A DNA stretch of 24,424 nucleotides from Acutalibacteraceae bacterium. GTDB lineage: Bacteria > Bacillota > Clostridia > Oscillospirales > Acutalibacteraceae. The stretch spans positions 1-24,424 of the forward strand of contig JBJFHV010000527.1 in assembly GCA_051894015.1 (NCBI GenBank), in the 5' to 3' direction. This document shows positions 1 through 8,312 of the stretch, in pieces. The translations under genes and the position numbers were made by a program. Position 1 is the stretch's first letter, and each line of letters starts with the position of its first letter. The notes beneath the pieces are model-generated. The model was not told where the DNA came from. It did no database searches and worked only from the letters and a program-made list of their open reading frames with translations.

Positions 1-781
1 CGGGCACGCTTTTTTGAAGCCGTTCGGTGATATAGGCGGCAAAGGTTGTATCGCCCCGACCTGTTCTTCCGCTTAAATTTCTTGCGCGGATCGGGCGGGT
101 ATACGCCTTCTTTCCGTCAAAAGCAAGTACCTCGGTGTTGTGCGTGATCAGGATTTCCTTTGCGCCCCAGGAGTGAAGCATTTTTGCCGCTTCCAGTCGG
201 TCGGTAAGTCCCGTCATGATCTCGGCCTCCGCCGCGTCGGTCTTGAGAAAGTCAATATAGGGAAGCATTTCCTTTTTGTCCGCCCAATCCTCAAAATACA
301 TCGAGCCGTCCTTGCGGTCAACGTGGCGCAGACAGGTCTGGACATCGACGGCGACCTTGCCGAGCTTTGCGCATTTTGTGATCAGCTCGTTCGGGAAGTC
401 TCCGTAAACCAGACCGGCAAAATGATAAATGTCGCCCGTAATGGAGAGCTTGTCGATATCATCACACAAAAACGGATCTCCGACCGAAAGGCAGGTCGAA
501 AGCCTTCTTTCCTTGTCGGCGGTAAAATACTTGTTCCGCATCGTCGTTGAATTTTCGGACTTGATGACATAGATGTCGTCTTTGTCAAGCGTAAACTGCG
601 CAAGACGGTCAAAATCCTTTTCGGCAAGTCTTGTTACTGCGGCAACCTTATGGCCGAGCGCCGCCGCCGAAGCGGACGAATATAGAACCGCTCCGCCGCA
701 GATTGTCATAGCGTGATCTTCATGGTCAATGTTGTTGTCCTCGCTGATATGACCGATGATCACCGATTCATAGTGTTTCAT
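1..781 (-). CDS. PfkB/ribokinase-family carbohydrate kinase (3' end truncated by the window edge)
   Basis: Manual translation from ATG 781: MKHYESVIIGHISED...GGAVLYSS...FLKTDAAEAE...RNLSGRTGRGDTTFAAY. The N-terminal GG motif and a C-terminal TGxGD anion-hole motif are present. RBS GGAGG upstream. Not in the ORF track because it is open at the edge. Confidence 0.85.
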   Translation of the reverse strand, partial: MKHYESVIIGHISEDNNIDHEDHAMTICGGAVLYSSASAAALGHKVAAVTRLAEKDFDRLAQFTLDKDDIYVIKSENSTTMRNKYFTADKERRLSTCLSVGDPFLCDDIDKLSITGDIYHFAGLVYGDFPNELITKCAKLGKVAVDVQTCLRHVDRKDGSMYFEDWADKKEMLPYIDFLKTDAAEAEIMTGLTDRLEAAKMLHSWGAKEILITHNTEVLAFDGKKAYTRPIRARNLSGRTGRGDTTFAAYITERLQKSVP

Positions 782-797
782 TTTTCTTCCTCCGTGT

Positions 798-1496
798 TTA
801 AATACAATATGTTTTGCCCTCTTGAACCGAGACAAGATTGGGAATACCCTCAAAATCCTTTTCCGGGTCATATTCGGTTGACTGATGGGTCGCCATGATC
901 ACCGTGTCGGGGTGACGGGCCGCGAATGCCTTTGCCTGATTGATATTCATGTGCGGCCCTTTAAAGTCCGGCTGTCTTGCACAGTCAAGAAGAACATAAT
1001 CGCCTTCAGCAAGAAGCTTTTCCACATTTTCGCAGTCAAGCGTATCGCCTGAATAGCAAAGTGTTTTTCCGTCCTTTTGGCGGATCGTAACGCCGAAACA
1101 GGGAACGGGGTGGTTCACGTCGCAGAAAGTGAGCGTAAGACCGCAGACCTCAACCGTACTGTCCGTGTCGATATTCACAACCTCAATCAGCGGGTGATCA
1201 AACAGCAATCTGTACCATTCGCTGTCCTCATATCTTGCAAAAACCGTGACCTTATGGTCAAGATCTTCAAGCAGATAGCGGAACACGAGAAAATCGCTCG
1301 TGTGGTCATAGTGAAGATGTGAAAAATAAATATAGTTGACCTTTTTCATATCAACCGCCGCCATCAGCCGCGAAAGCGTCCCGGCACCCATATCCATGAC
1401 GAGATATTCGCCGTCGTTTTCCACAAGATAACAGCTTGCCGCACCGACCCCTGCCTTTCCGTAGGGACCGTATTTTCCGATAACCGTAACTTTCAT
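798..1496 (-). CDS. MBL-fold metallo-hydrolase (RNase Z / phosphodiesterase-like)
   Basis: HLHYDH (HxHxDH) motif, DMGAG, HPVPC, YSGDT and late His residues. Confidence 0.85.
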   Translation of the reverse strand: MKVTVIGKYGPYGKAGVGAASCYLVENDGEYLVMDMGAGTLSRLMAAVDMKKVNYIYFSHLHYDHTSDFLVFRYLLEDLDHKVTVFARYEDSEWYRLLFDHPLIEVVNIDTDSTVEVCGLTLTFCDVNHPVPCFGVTIRQKDGKTLCYSGDTLDCENVEKLLAEGDYVLLDCARQPDFKGPHMNINQAKAFAARHPDTVIMATHQSTEYDPEKDFEGIPNLVSVQEGKTYCI

Positions 1497-1533
1497 TTTC
1501 TTTCAGTCCTTTTTTTAAAATCAAACTGTCTCT

Positions 1534-2427
1534 TTATGCAAGAAGCTCGCCGTATTCCTTTTCTTTGTCCGCAATCACATTACCCTTTGTGAGATTGAGT
1601 CTGAGTGTCGTTTTGCTCTTCATAAAGTCAAGTGTCATAAAATCGCCGGCAATGATATTGGCGCTTTCAAGATAAAATTCATTTTCTCCGATCCGCTTCA
1701 TCAGCCCCGGAAAATAATTCCGCATATCGAGATCAAGCTTTCTTGGCGTTGTCAGTCCGATTTCGGTTCCCGGATTCGGCGTCTGCTGTGTCTGGAACCA
1801 GTAAAGACCGTCGGTCTGCTCTTCGTCGAAGAATTTCAGGGCAACCGCAGCGTAGTTTTTCGCTTTCATGCCGTTACGGGTCTTATCCCAAGGGAAGATC
1901 TGATCACAGCTCCGGCTGTATTTGTAATCCTCGTTTTCGTTGATGAGAATATATCGCTTGCCTGCCTTGCGGATATCGCCGAGCGTAACCTCACTGATCT
2001 TATCGAAGTCATGGTAAGCGTATTTTTCCGGTTCAAGATATTTTTCGAGAAGGGCATCGACCTGCTTCGGATCTGCGCTGTACCGCAGTGTGACCGGCCC
2101 GAAATTCTGGGGATAGTACTCTCTGATATCAAGAAAAAGTATTTCCGACGGATTTTCGTCAAGGGCGCGCCGGATATCCTTGAGCGCGTTTTCGAACAGA
2201 TCGCCTTTTGTAATTCCGTGGGCAAGGTGAATTCTGCCCTTTTTATCCGTGTCCAGCCGCAGACAAAACTGACGGATGCCGTATAGAATCTGAACGTACA
2301 AATTATCGTCCTGACAGCACGCCATAGCATTCATGCCGTAGCTTCCGGCGTTGTGCGAACCGGGAATGACAAGCTTCGTGATTTTTACATCGTCTTTGAT
2401 ATAAGACATCCAATTTGAATAGATCAT
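1534..2427 (-). CDS. PI-PLC X-domain (phosphatidylinositol phospholipase C-like) phosphodiesterase, no signal peptide
   Basis: IPGSHNAG, QILYGIRQFCLRL and HLAHG match the PLC-X catalytic His motifs. RBS AAGGAG upstream. Confidence 0.8.
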   Translation of the reverse strand: MIYSNWMSYIKDDVKITKLVIPGSHNAGSYGMNAMACCQDDNLYVQILYGIRQFCLRLDTDKKGRIHLAHGITKGDLFENALKDIRRALDENPSEILFLDIREYYPQNFGPVTLRYSADPKQVDALLEKYLEPEKYAYHDFDKISEVTLGDIRKAGKRYILINENEDYKYSRSCDQIFPWDKTRNGMKAKNYAAVALKFFDEEQTDGLYWFQTQQTPNPGTEIGLTTPRKLDLDMRNYFPGLMKRIGENEFYLESANIIAGDFMTLDFMKSKTTLRLNLTKGNVIADKEKEYGELLA

Positions 2428-2467
2428 ACTTTTCTCCTTTTAGTTATAATTTCTTCGTATCGCTGTA

Positions 2468-2496
2468 ATTATAGTACACTGCCATTTATGTGTCAA
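2468..2496 (-). promoter_or_regulatory. sigmaA promoter for the PLC/MBL/PfkB operon
   Basis: Perfect TTGACA-N17-TATAAT on the minus strand. Confidence 0.85.
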
Positions 2497-2529
2497 CAAA
2501 ATTTAAGAGGTTTCGCAAATCTTATGCGG

Positions 2530-2876
2530 GTCGCAAGGCGACTCCAATGCCGGGGGTCGCGTGGCGACTCCAATCCCGGGGTGCATGGTGCTTGATTGAA
2601 AGCTGAGTGCCCGAGCCGTGAGTTGAGCGATCGCGTGGCGACGCCAATGCCGGGGTAGGCAGTACTGATTTTGAGCTAACAGCCCGAGCCGTGAGTTAGG
2701 CAGTAATTTTCAGTTTTAGTTGCAAGGCGACACCAATGGCCGGAATACATAGAGCTTGATTAAAAGCTGAGTACCCGAGCCGGGAACTGAGCGGTCGCGT
2801 GGCGACTTCAATGCCGGGGTAGGCAGTGCTTGATTTGAGCTAACAGCCCGAGCCGGGAACTGAGCGGTAATTTTTT
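2530..2876 (+). repeat. Non-coding array of imperfect ~75 bp repeats with hairpins, arranged (partial)-A-B-A'-B'
   Basis: Units start at 2530, 2556, 2630, 2719 and 2794 with the hairpin GTCGC-(AAG/GTG)-GCGAC. The four full units share CAAT-GCCGGGG, GCTTGATT, AGCT and CCCGAGCCG-TGAGCG with some variation. B and B' end in GTAATTTT. Confidence 0.9.
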
Positions 2877-3003
2877 AATTTGTTTTCCTTAATTCAGATA
2901 CGCTTCTTATGAAAACGGCAGAGCAAACAGAGAGAATGAAACAAGCTTCAATGTACTCTGACAGGCAAAATTGCCGCTTGTCAAGACAAAAGAAATGTTT
3001 TTG

Positions 3004-3032
3004 TTGACAATATATATTTAATGTATTATAAT
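3004..3032 (+). promoter_or_regulatory. sigmaA promoter
   Basis: Perfect TTGACA-N17-TATAAT. Confidence 0.85.
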
Positions 3033-3107
3033 GGCTTCGGTAATAAAACGATGAAGATTTTCGTAAAGAATATAAGCTGAACCGACACCTACATAAAAAC
3101 CGATGAG

Positions 3108-3371
3108 ATGAAATGCTTAAAGCTGAAAGCCGGTGAATCCGCTTGTATTGAGGTGCAAAATACTGACAGCGTCGTGAAAGGTCTGATGACGGCGGCGGTG
3201 ACGCTCGTTTTGCTTACCGCCGTCACGCTCGGGACGGAAAAGCTTTTTGATAAGCTTCACAACAGGAGAAGAAAAAGAAATGGTCTTCCGGGTAGCAAAG
3301 AGCCGATCGGACTTGCACTGTGTCTTGACTCCGGGTATATTGACTGTATGTTCAAAAAGGCGGGATTTTAA
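3108..3371 (+). CDS. Possible small single-pass membrane protein (87 aa)
   Basis: Hydrophobic stretch followed by RRRKR. It fills the gap between the promoter and the next gene, and its stop abuts the next RBS. It has no clear RBS of its own. Confidence 0.4.
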   Translation: MKCLKLKAGESACIEVQNTDSVVKGLMTAAVTLVLLTAVTLGTEKLFDKLHNRRRKRNGLPGSKEPIGLALCLDSGYIDCMFKKAGF

Positions 3372-3381
3372 AGGAGGGCTT

Positions 3382-4122
3382 ATGGAAAACGAAATCAAAA
3401 AGACAAAAGTCACATCGGTGGTTTTGTTGGTCCTTGTCAGTATTCTACCGATTATCATCTATATGCTTGTCCCGAACTCACCGTTTACTTGTGTCTTTGT
3501 TTCGGTGTACACGGTAGCGGCATTTGCAACGGCTTATCTTTCGACGATGAAAAAAGGCTCAATTGCGTTGAATCCTCTGAATCTGCCTGCCGTCGGGGCA
3601 AATATTGTCTGTATTGCGCACGGCGGATATGCGCAGGTCTGCACCGACAACGATCTTGACAAGCTGATCGGACTTGCTGCCTGCGGCTTGCTTTTTTGTA
3701 TCGGTTTGGTTGTCAATCACTTCAGAAAAAATAAAGATATTTCGAAGCCGTACCATAAATTGCTTCTTTTGTTCTTCTGTCTTCTCACAGTCAGTTCGTG
3801 CGTGTCTTTCATAAACATCGCCTTTGATAACAGCGAACCGATTACGGTTAAAACGCAGGTGGTACAGCACCGTGCGTATAGTGTCTCATACGAGCTTGTT
3901 GTCACTTCGGACGAAAAGGCATACAATGCCGATTTGTCCGTGCAGACACTTAATGTCAACAAAAAAGCCCATGAATACTATGAAGATGGTGATACGGTTT
4001 CGGTCAGCGTGAAAAAAGGCGCCCTTGGCATCAGCTACTGCCGTTTTATTCCGGAGGACTATACAGGTGAGAGTGTATGGGAAAAATACAGCGGTCCGTT
4101 CGGAAGATTCGGACACGATTAA
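3382..4122 (+). CDS. Hypothetical multi-pass membrane protein, paralog 1
   Basis: AAGGAGG RBS before ATG 3382 (MENEIKK). About 5 hydrophobic segments and a C-terminal soluble GDTVSVSVKKGALG domain. Confidence 0.8.
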   Translation: MENEIKKTKVTSVVLLVLVSILPIIIYMLVPNSPFTCVFVSVYTVAAFATAYLSTMKKGSIALNPLNLPAVGANIVCIAHGGYAQVCTDNDLDKLIGLAACGLLFCIGLVVNHFRKNKDISKPYHKLLLLFFCLLTVSSCVSFINIAFDNSEPITVKTQVVQHRAYSVSYELVVTSDEKAYNADLSVQTLNVNKKAHEYYEDGDTVSVSVKKGALGISYCRFIPEDYTGESVWEKYSGPFGRFGHD

Positions 4123-4136
4123 TAAAAGGAGTTCTC

Positions 4137-4856
4137 ATGGAAACACAAGTCAAAAAATCAAAATTCAAAACGGTTGTTTTGCCGGTTCTGATAAGCTTTC
4201 TGCCGCTTTTCGTCTATATGCTTTTTCTGAACACACCGTTTGCCGCCGTCTTTGTTACGGTGTACACGTTGGCGGCGTTTGCGGTGGCTTTTCTTTCAAC
4301 GGTGAAAAAGGGGAATCTGATTACCAATCCGTTCAACCTGCCGGCAGTCGGTGCGCTGATTGCGTGTGCTTCTCACCTTCTGTATGCGGAATTGTGTATA
4401 AGCCGATTCTGGGTTCTCGGCATTTTCGTGTTTTACGTTCTGTGGGCCGTTATGACAATCGGTGTCAATATTCTCGACCGCGGCAAGGCGATGTCGGGCC
4501 TTTTTCATAAACTTATTATCCTGCTTGCGTTCTTTTTCGCTGTGGGTTGTTGTACTTTTTTGATCAATACCGCCTTTGACAAAAGCGAACCGATAACGGT
4601 TGAGGCACAAATCATCAGAATGAAGATGGAACGCACAAGAGATTTTGCCCGTTTTCTTGTTTCATCGGACGAGAGACCGTACGGCGCTTCGCTGAGCTCG
4701 CTGATCGTAAGCGTGAGCGAACAGGCGTATGAAGATTTTGAAGAGGGCGACACGGTTTCGGTCAGCGTGAAAAAGGGCGCGCTCGGTATCCGGTACTGCC
4801 GCTTTGTTGAAGACGGCTATACGGGCGAGAGTATATGGGAAGCGATGTATGAATAA
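4137..4856 (+). CDS. Hypothetical multi-pass membrane protein, paralog 2
   Basis: AAGGAG RBS before ATG 4137 (METQVKK). Clearly homologous to 3382-4122 (NxPF, NPxNLPAVGA, INxAFDxSEPITV, GDTVSVSVKKGALGI). Confidence 0.8.
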   Translation: METQVKKSKFKTVVLPVLISFLPLFVYMLFLNTPFAAVFVTVYTLAAFAVAFLSTVKKGNLITNPFNLPAVGALIACASHLLYAELCISRFWVLGIFVFYVLWAVMTIGVNILDRGKAMSGLFHKLIILLAFFFAVGCCTFLINTAFDKSEPITVEAQIIRMKMERTRDFARFLVSSDERPYGASLSSLIVSVSEQAYEDFEEGDTVSVSVKKGALGIRYCRFVEDGYTGESIWEAMYE

Positions 4857-4879
4857 TATAACACCTGATGACGACAATT

Positions 4880-4915
4880 AAAAAGCGACACTCTTGTTAC
4901 AAAGTGTCGCTTTTT
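4880..4915. terminator. Bidirectional intrinsic terminator
   Basis: AAAAGCGACACT...AGTGTCGCTTTT between convergent genes. Confidence 0.85.
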
Positions 4916-4925
4916 CTCGTGCTTT

Positions 4926-6413
4926 TTATACCGACTCAACGAAGCGGTCAAAGCCCGCAAAGCCGTTTTCGTCACGCTTGAAAACGCCCGCGTGCTCGAG
5001 AACCTTGGCAAAGACCTTGCCGACCTCGTTTTGTAAAATGTTTTTCGTGTTTTCCGGGGTGAAGGTGTATTTGTCTTTGAAAGACGCAACCCAATCGGCA
5101 TGCTTGGCGATCGTTTCGTTCGCCTTAATATCGCTGCCGTCCAGAATCGCTTTTTCAAGCTCTTTAAGCTCTGTCTTCAGTCTCGCCGGAAGAACCGCAA
5201 GTCCCATAACTTCAATCAGACCGATGTTCTCCTTTTTGATGTTGTGAAGCTCCTTGTGCGGGTGAAAAACACCGAACGGATGCTCTTCGGTCGTGATGTT
5301 GTTGCGAAGAACAAGATCCATTTCGAACTTGTCGCCGCGTTTTCTTGCGATCGGCGTAATGGTGCTGTGCTTTTCGCCGTCGGTTTCGGCAAAAACGAAA
5401 CAGCTTTCGTCGGTGTAGCTTCTCCACTTGGTCAAAATGCGGTCGGCAAGATCAACAAGTCTGTCCGTGTCTTTACCGCTGATTCTGATAACCGACATCG
5501 GCCATTTTACCCGCCCGACTTCGATATCCTCGAAGCCTTTTATTGTATAGGTCTTTTCAATCGGAGCCTTTGCCATGGCGAATTCATAGTTGCCGCCCTG
5601 GAAATGCTCGTGAGAAAGAATCGAACCGCCGACGATCGGCAAATCGGCGTTTGAGCCGATAAAGTAATGCGGGAAAAGCTTGACAAAGTCAAACAGCTTG
5701 CGGAACGCCGAACGGTCAATTTTCATCGGGATATGCTTTTTATTAAAGACGATGCAATGCTCGTTATAGTAAACATAGGGGGAATACTGGAAGCCCCATT
5801 CACTGCCGTCAATGGTAATCGGGATAATCCGGTGATTCTGCCTTGCCGGGTGGTTCATTCTTCCGGCGTAGCCCTCATTTTCGGGACAAAGCAGGCATTT
5901 CGGATATCCGCTCTGTTTTGCCAATTTTGCCGCCGCAATCTCTTCAGGCGTTTTTTCGGGCTTGGAAAGATTGACGGTGATATCAAGCTCACCGTATTCG
6001 CTTTCGCTTTTCCATTTCAGGTCCTTTGAAACCCGGTAACGGCGTATGTAGTCGGTGTCGCGGCTGAACCGATAATAAAAGTCCGTGGCTTCTTTCGGTG
6101 ACTTTTCATAAAGGGAATAAAACTTATTGATAACGTAAGACGGCCTCGGAACAAAAACGCTCATCAGTTTTGTATCAAAAAGGTCACGGCTTGTCACGTC
6201 GTTTTTGATGATTCCCTTTTCAGCGGCATAGTCCAGAAGTGCTTTCAGAATGTCTTCCAGTTCAGCCTTTCCGGGGGCTTGCTCCGGCTCGTTATACTCA
6301 TCAAGACCGAGAACTTCGAGCAGTCGGTTTGTACAATAAATTTCGTCCTCTTTTTCAATCAATCCGCAGTCAAGCGCATAGGAAACAAGTTGTTGAATAC
6401 TTTTATCGATCAT
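4926..6413 (-). CDS. galT: UDP-glucose--hexose-1-phosphate uridylyltransferase (Gram-positive, class II GalT)
   Basis: ITVNLSKPEK, YPKCLLCPENEGY, FQYSPYVYYNEHCIV, GGSILSHEHFQGG, ENIGLIEVMGLAVLP. GGAGG RBS before ATG 6413. Confidence 0.95.
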   Translation of the reverse strand: MIDKSIQQLVSYALDCGLIEKEDEIYCTNRLLEVLGLDEYNEPEQAPGKAELEDILKALLDYAAEKGIIKNDVTSRDLFDTKLMSVFVPRPSYVINKFYSLYEKSPKEATDFYYRFSRDTDYIRRYRVSKDLKWKSESEYGELDITVNLSKPEKTPEEIAAAKLAKQSGYPKCLLCPENEGYAGRMNHPARQNHRIIPITIDGSEWGFQYSPYVYYNEHCIVFNKKHIPMKIDRSAFRKLFDFVKLFPHYFIGSNADLPIVGGSILSHEHFQGGNYEFAMAKAPIEKTYTIKGFEDIEVGRVKWPMSVIRISGKDTDRLVDLADRILTKWRSYTDESCFVFAETDGEKHSTITPIARKRGDKFEMDLVLRNNITTEEHPFGVFHPHKELHNIKKENIGLIEVMGLAVLPARLKTELKELEKAILDGSDIKANETIAKHADWVASFKDKYTFTPENTKNILQNEVGKVFAKVLEHAGVFKRDENGFAGFDRFVESV

Positions 6414-6442
6414 TGAAAATACCTCCATAATATCCTAATTAT

Positions 6443-6471
6443 ATCATAAACGAAAAAGTAAAGAAAATCAA
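6443..6471 (-). promoter_or_regulatory. Probable sigmaA promoter of galT
   Basis: TTGATT-N17-TATGAT, with an overlapping TGnTATAAT. Confidence 0.6.
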
Positions 6472-6584
6472 GGTTCTTTTCGGTTTCATGCGGCGCAATT
6501 TATTCCGTTTGGGGTTAAAACCGGGCGGATGTTAAATTTATATTTATACTTTTGTTACATTGTATTAATTTTAACTTATTCATA

Positions 6585-6612
6585 TTGAATTATTTGTGCA
6601 ATTTGTTAGAAT
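6585..6612 (+). promoter_or_regulatory. Probable sigmaA promoter of the secreted hydrolase
   Basis: TTGAAT-N16-TAGAAT with an extended TG. Confidence 0.55.
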
Positions 6613-6642
6613 GAATTTACCACGATTAAAGGGGGTTAAACA

Positions 6643-8202
6643 ATGAAACGAAAAAGAATATTTTCGGTTATCCTTTCTCTTTGCCTGCTGATGTGTCTTT
6701 TCGTTCCGGCATTTACCGCTTCGGCTGCGATTGATTATCCGATCATTTATGTCGAGGGCTTCGGCGGTGCACTTTATAAAGACACAAGCAATCCGACAGA
6801 CGAAAACCGGATTTATCCGACCGGTGCTGATGTCGGCGCTATCGTAAGCAAAGCGTTAAAGCCGTGTCTTACCGAGCTTGCTGCCGGAACAATTACAGGC
6901 AACTATGAAAAATATGCCGACGAGCTTTATAATGCGTTGGCGCCTGTCTACAAAGATCTTGTGCTCGATAAAAACGGTGAACCCACCGACAATTCGGGCT
7001 GCGGAAGAGCTGGCAGTACAACGCCGGGCAGCCGAACCTATTATAATGCTTATTATTTCCGCTATGACTGGCGCATATCTCCGGTCACGCTTGCCGCTGA
7101 CCTGAAGGATTATGTTGAGGCTGTCAAATCGCTTACGGGGAAAAGCAAGGTGAACATTGTCGGCCGTTGTCTCGGCGCGAATATCGTTTCCGCTTACATG
7201 ACAAAGTATGAAAGCCATGCGAAAGAGAATCTGAACAGTGTTATCATGTTTATGCCCTCTACCATGGGAATCAATATGCTCGGTGCAATTTTCTCGGGCA
7301 ACATCAGAATCAATCCCGACGCGCTTGACAGATTTCTTGATTATTACCTTAACCACGATGCCAAAGACCTTATCGAGGACGAAACCACAAGAGATCTTGT
7401 CACCTCCCTTGTTACTTTCCTGAATCAGGTAAGAGTACTCGGCGTCGGTGTGGATATGCTCCAGCATGTCATCGACACCGTAAAGGACGATGTTGTTTCC
7501 CGTCTTGCGCTTGCCTCTTACGGCTCCTTCCCGTCCTATTGGGCAATGGTTGACAGCGAAACCTATGAAGAAGCAAGAGACTATATTTTTAAAGGCATTG
7601 AGGACGAATATGCCGGCATGATCGAAAAGACCGACGACTTCCATTATAACGTTCAGCTCAAGTTCTATGATACCGTCAAAAGACTCGAAGAAAGCGGCGT
7701 TTACACGAGCGTTATTGCAAAGTACAATATTCCGATGTTCCCGCTTTACGAAGAATGTGAAGAAAACGGAGATCTGTTCACAGGGCTTACCGAACTTTCG
7801 TTCGGCGCAACAAGCGCAAAAATCGAACAAGAACTCCCGAAAAGCTACATAGAATCGCTTGCTGATAAACGCTTCGTTTCTCCGGACAATAAGGTTGACG
7901 CTTCCACTTGCCTGATTCCTGAAAGAACATGGTTTATTAAGAATCTTGCCCATGCGGGTGTGCCTTCCTGTGTTGACGAGCTGATCGGCGCTATCTTTGA
8001 ACAAAACGGCCATCTTACGGTATTTGACAACGAACGGCTTACGCAGTATCTGAACTATGACGAGACGACCGATACGATGTCGCCCGTTACGGAACCGGAC
8101 AAAACACAGCCGGCAAACGGAACCTTGGCAAAGCTTATCAAGTCTGTTCTGAGCTTTTTCAAAAATCTTCTGAAAATGCTTGCCAAGCTATTTCAAGCTT
8201 AA
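6643..8202 (+). CDS. Secreted alpha/beta hydrolase, LCAT/PLA2-acyltransferase-like, with Cys at the nucleophile elbow
   Basis: Signal peptide ending ASA, PIIYVEGFGG, YDWR, VNIVGRCLGANIV, candidate Asp (NGD) and His (LAHAG), amphipathic C-terminal helix. Confidence 0.7.
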   Translation: MKRKRIFSVILSLCLLMCLFVPAFTASAAIDYPIIYVEGFGGALYKDTSNPTDENRIYPTGADVGAIVSKALKPCLTELAAGTITGNYEKYADELYNALAPVYKDLVLDKNGEPTDNSGCGRAGSTTPGSRTYYNAYYFRYDWRISPVTLAADLKDYVEAVKSLTGKSKVNIVGRCLGANIVSAYMTKYESHAKENLNSVIMFMPSTMGINMLGAIFSGNIRINPDALDRFLDYYLNHDAKDLIEDETTRDLVTSLVTFLNQVRVLGVGVDMLQHVIDTVKDDVVSRLALASYGSFPSYWAMVDSETYEEARDYIFKGIEDEYAGMIEKTDDFHYNVQLKFYDTVKRLEESGVYTSVIAKYNIPMFPLYEECEENGDLFTGLTELSFGATSAKIEQELPKSYIESLADKRFVSPDNKVDASTCLIPERTWFIKNLAHAGVPSCVDELIGAIFEQNGHLTVFDNERLTQYLNYDETTDTMSPVTEPDKTQPANGTLAKLIKSVLSFFKNLLKMLAKLFQA

Positions 8203-8275
8203 CAGATTCTTTCCTATATTTATCTGAAGGCATTTCATATCTTCATTGAAACCCGCAAAGGCAAACAGAATGAAA

Positions 8276-8307
8276 AATCCGGGCAACGGTATACCGCTGT
8301 CCGGATT
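8276..8307. terminator. Hairpin, probable terminator between convergent genes
   Basis: AATCCGG...CGGT-AT-ACCG...CCGGATT inverted repeat. Confidence 0.6.
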
Positions 8308-8312
8308 GCCTG

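Noticed and set aside
60-130. Apparent frameshift near the PfkB C-terminus
   Set aside because: Careful re-reading gives a continuous frame (DGKKAYTRPIRARNLSGRTGRGDT).
2785-2867. Known riboswitch or ribozyme (NiCo-like AACTGAGC...GCCGGG; twister-like GCCAATGCCGG / TAAC)
   Set aside because: Only short remembered fragments match. The complementary closing strands and pseudoknot partners could not be found, and the array is not in a 5' UTR.
2530-2876. CRISPR array
   Set aside because: The segments between the conserved hairpins are homologous to each other rather than unique, unit lengths vary (26, 74, 89, 75 bp), and there are no cas genes in the window.
3247-3381. N-terminal extensions of the ORF-track calls 3247..4122 and 4077..4856
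   Set aside because: Strong RBSs and paralog alignment place the starts at 3382 and 4137.
4926-6413. Leloir gal operon
   Set aside because: galT is monocistronic here with its own promoter and terminator, and galK/galE are not in the window; a dispersed arrangement is unremarkable.
6856-8013. 385-aa antisense ORF and other long shadow ORFs (e.g. 140-550, 5100-5654, 8658-9218, 12954-13643, 19624-20280)
   Set aside because: They lie opposite well-supported genes, lack RBSs and motifs, and are explained by codon bias.
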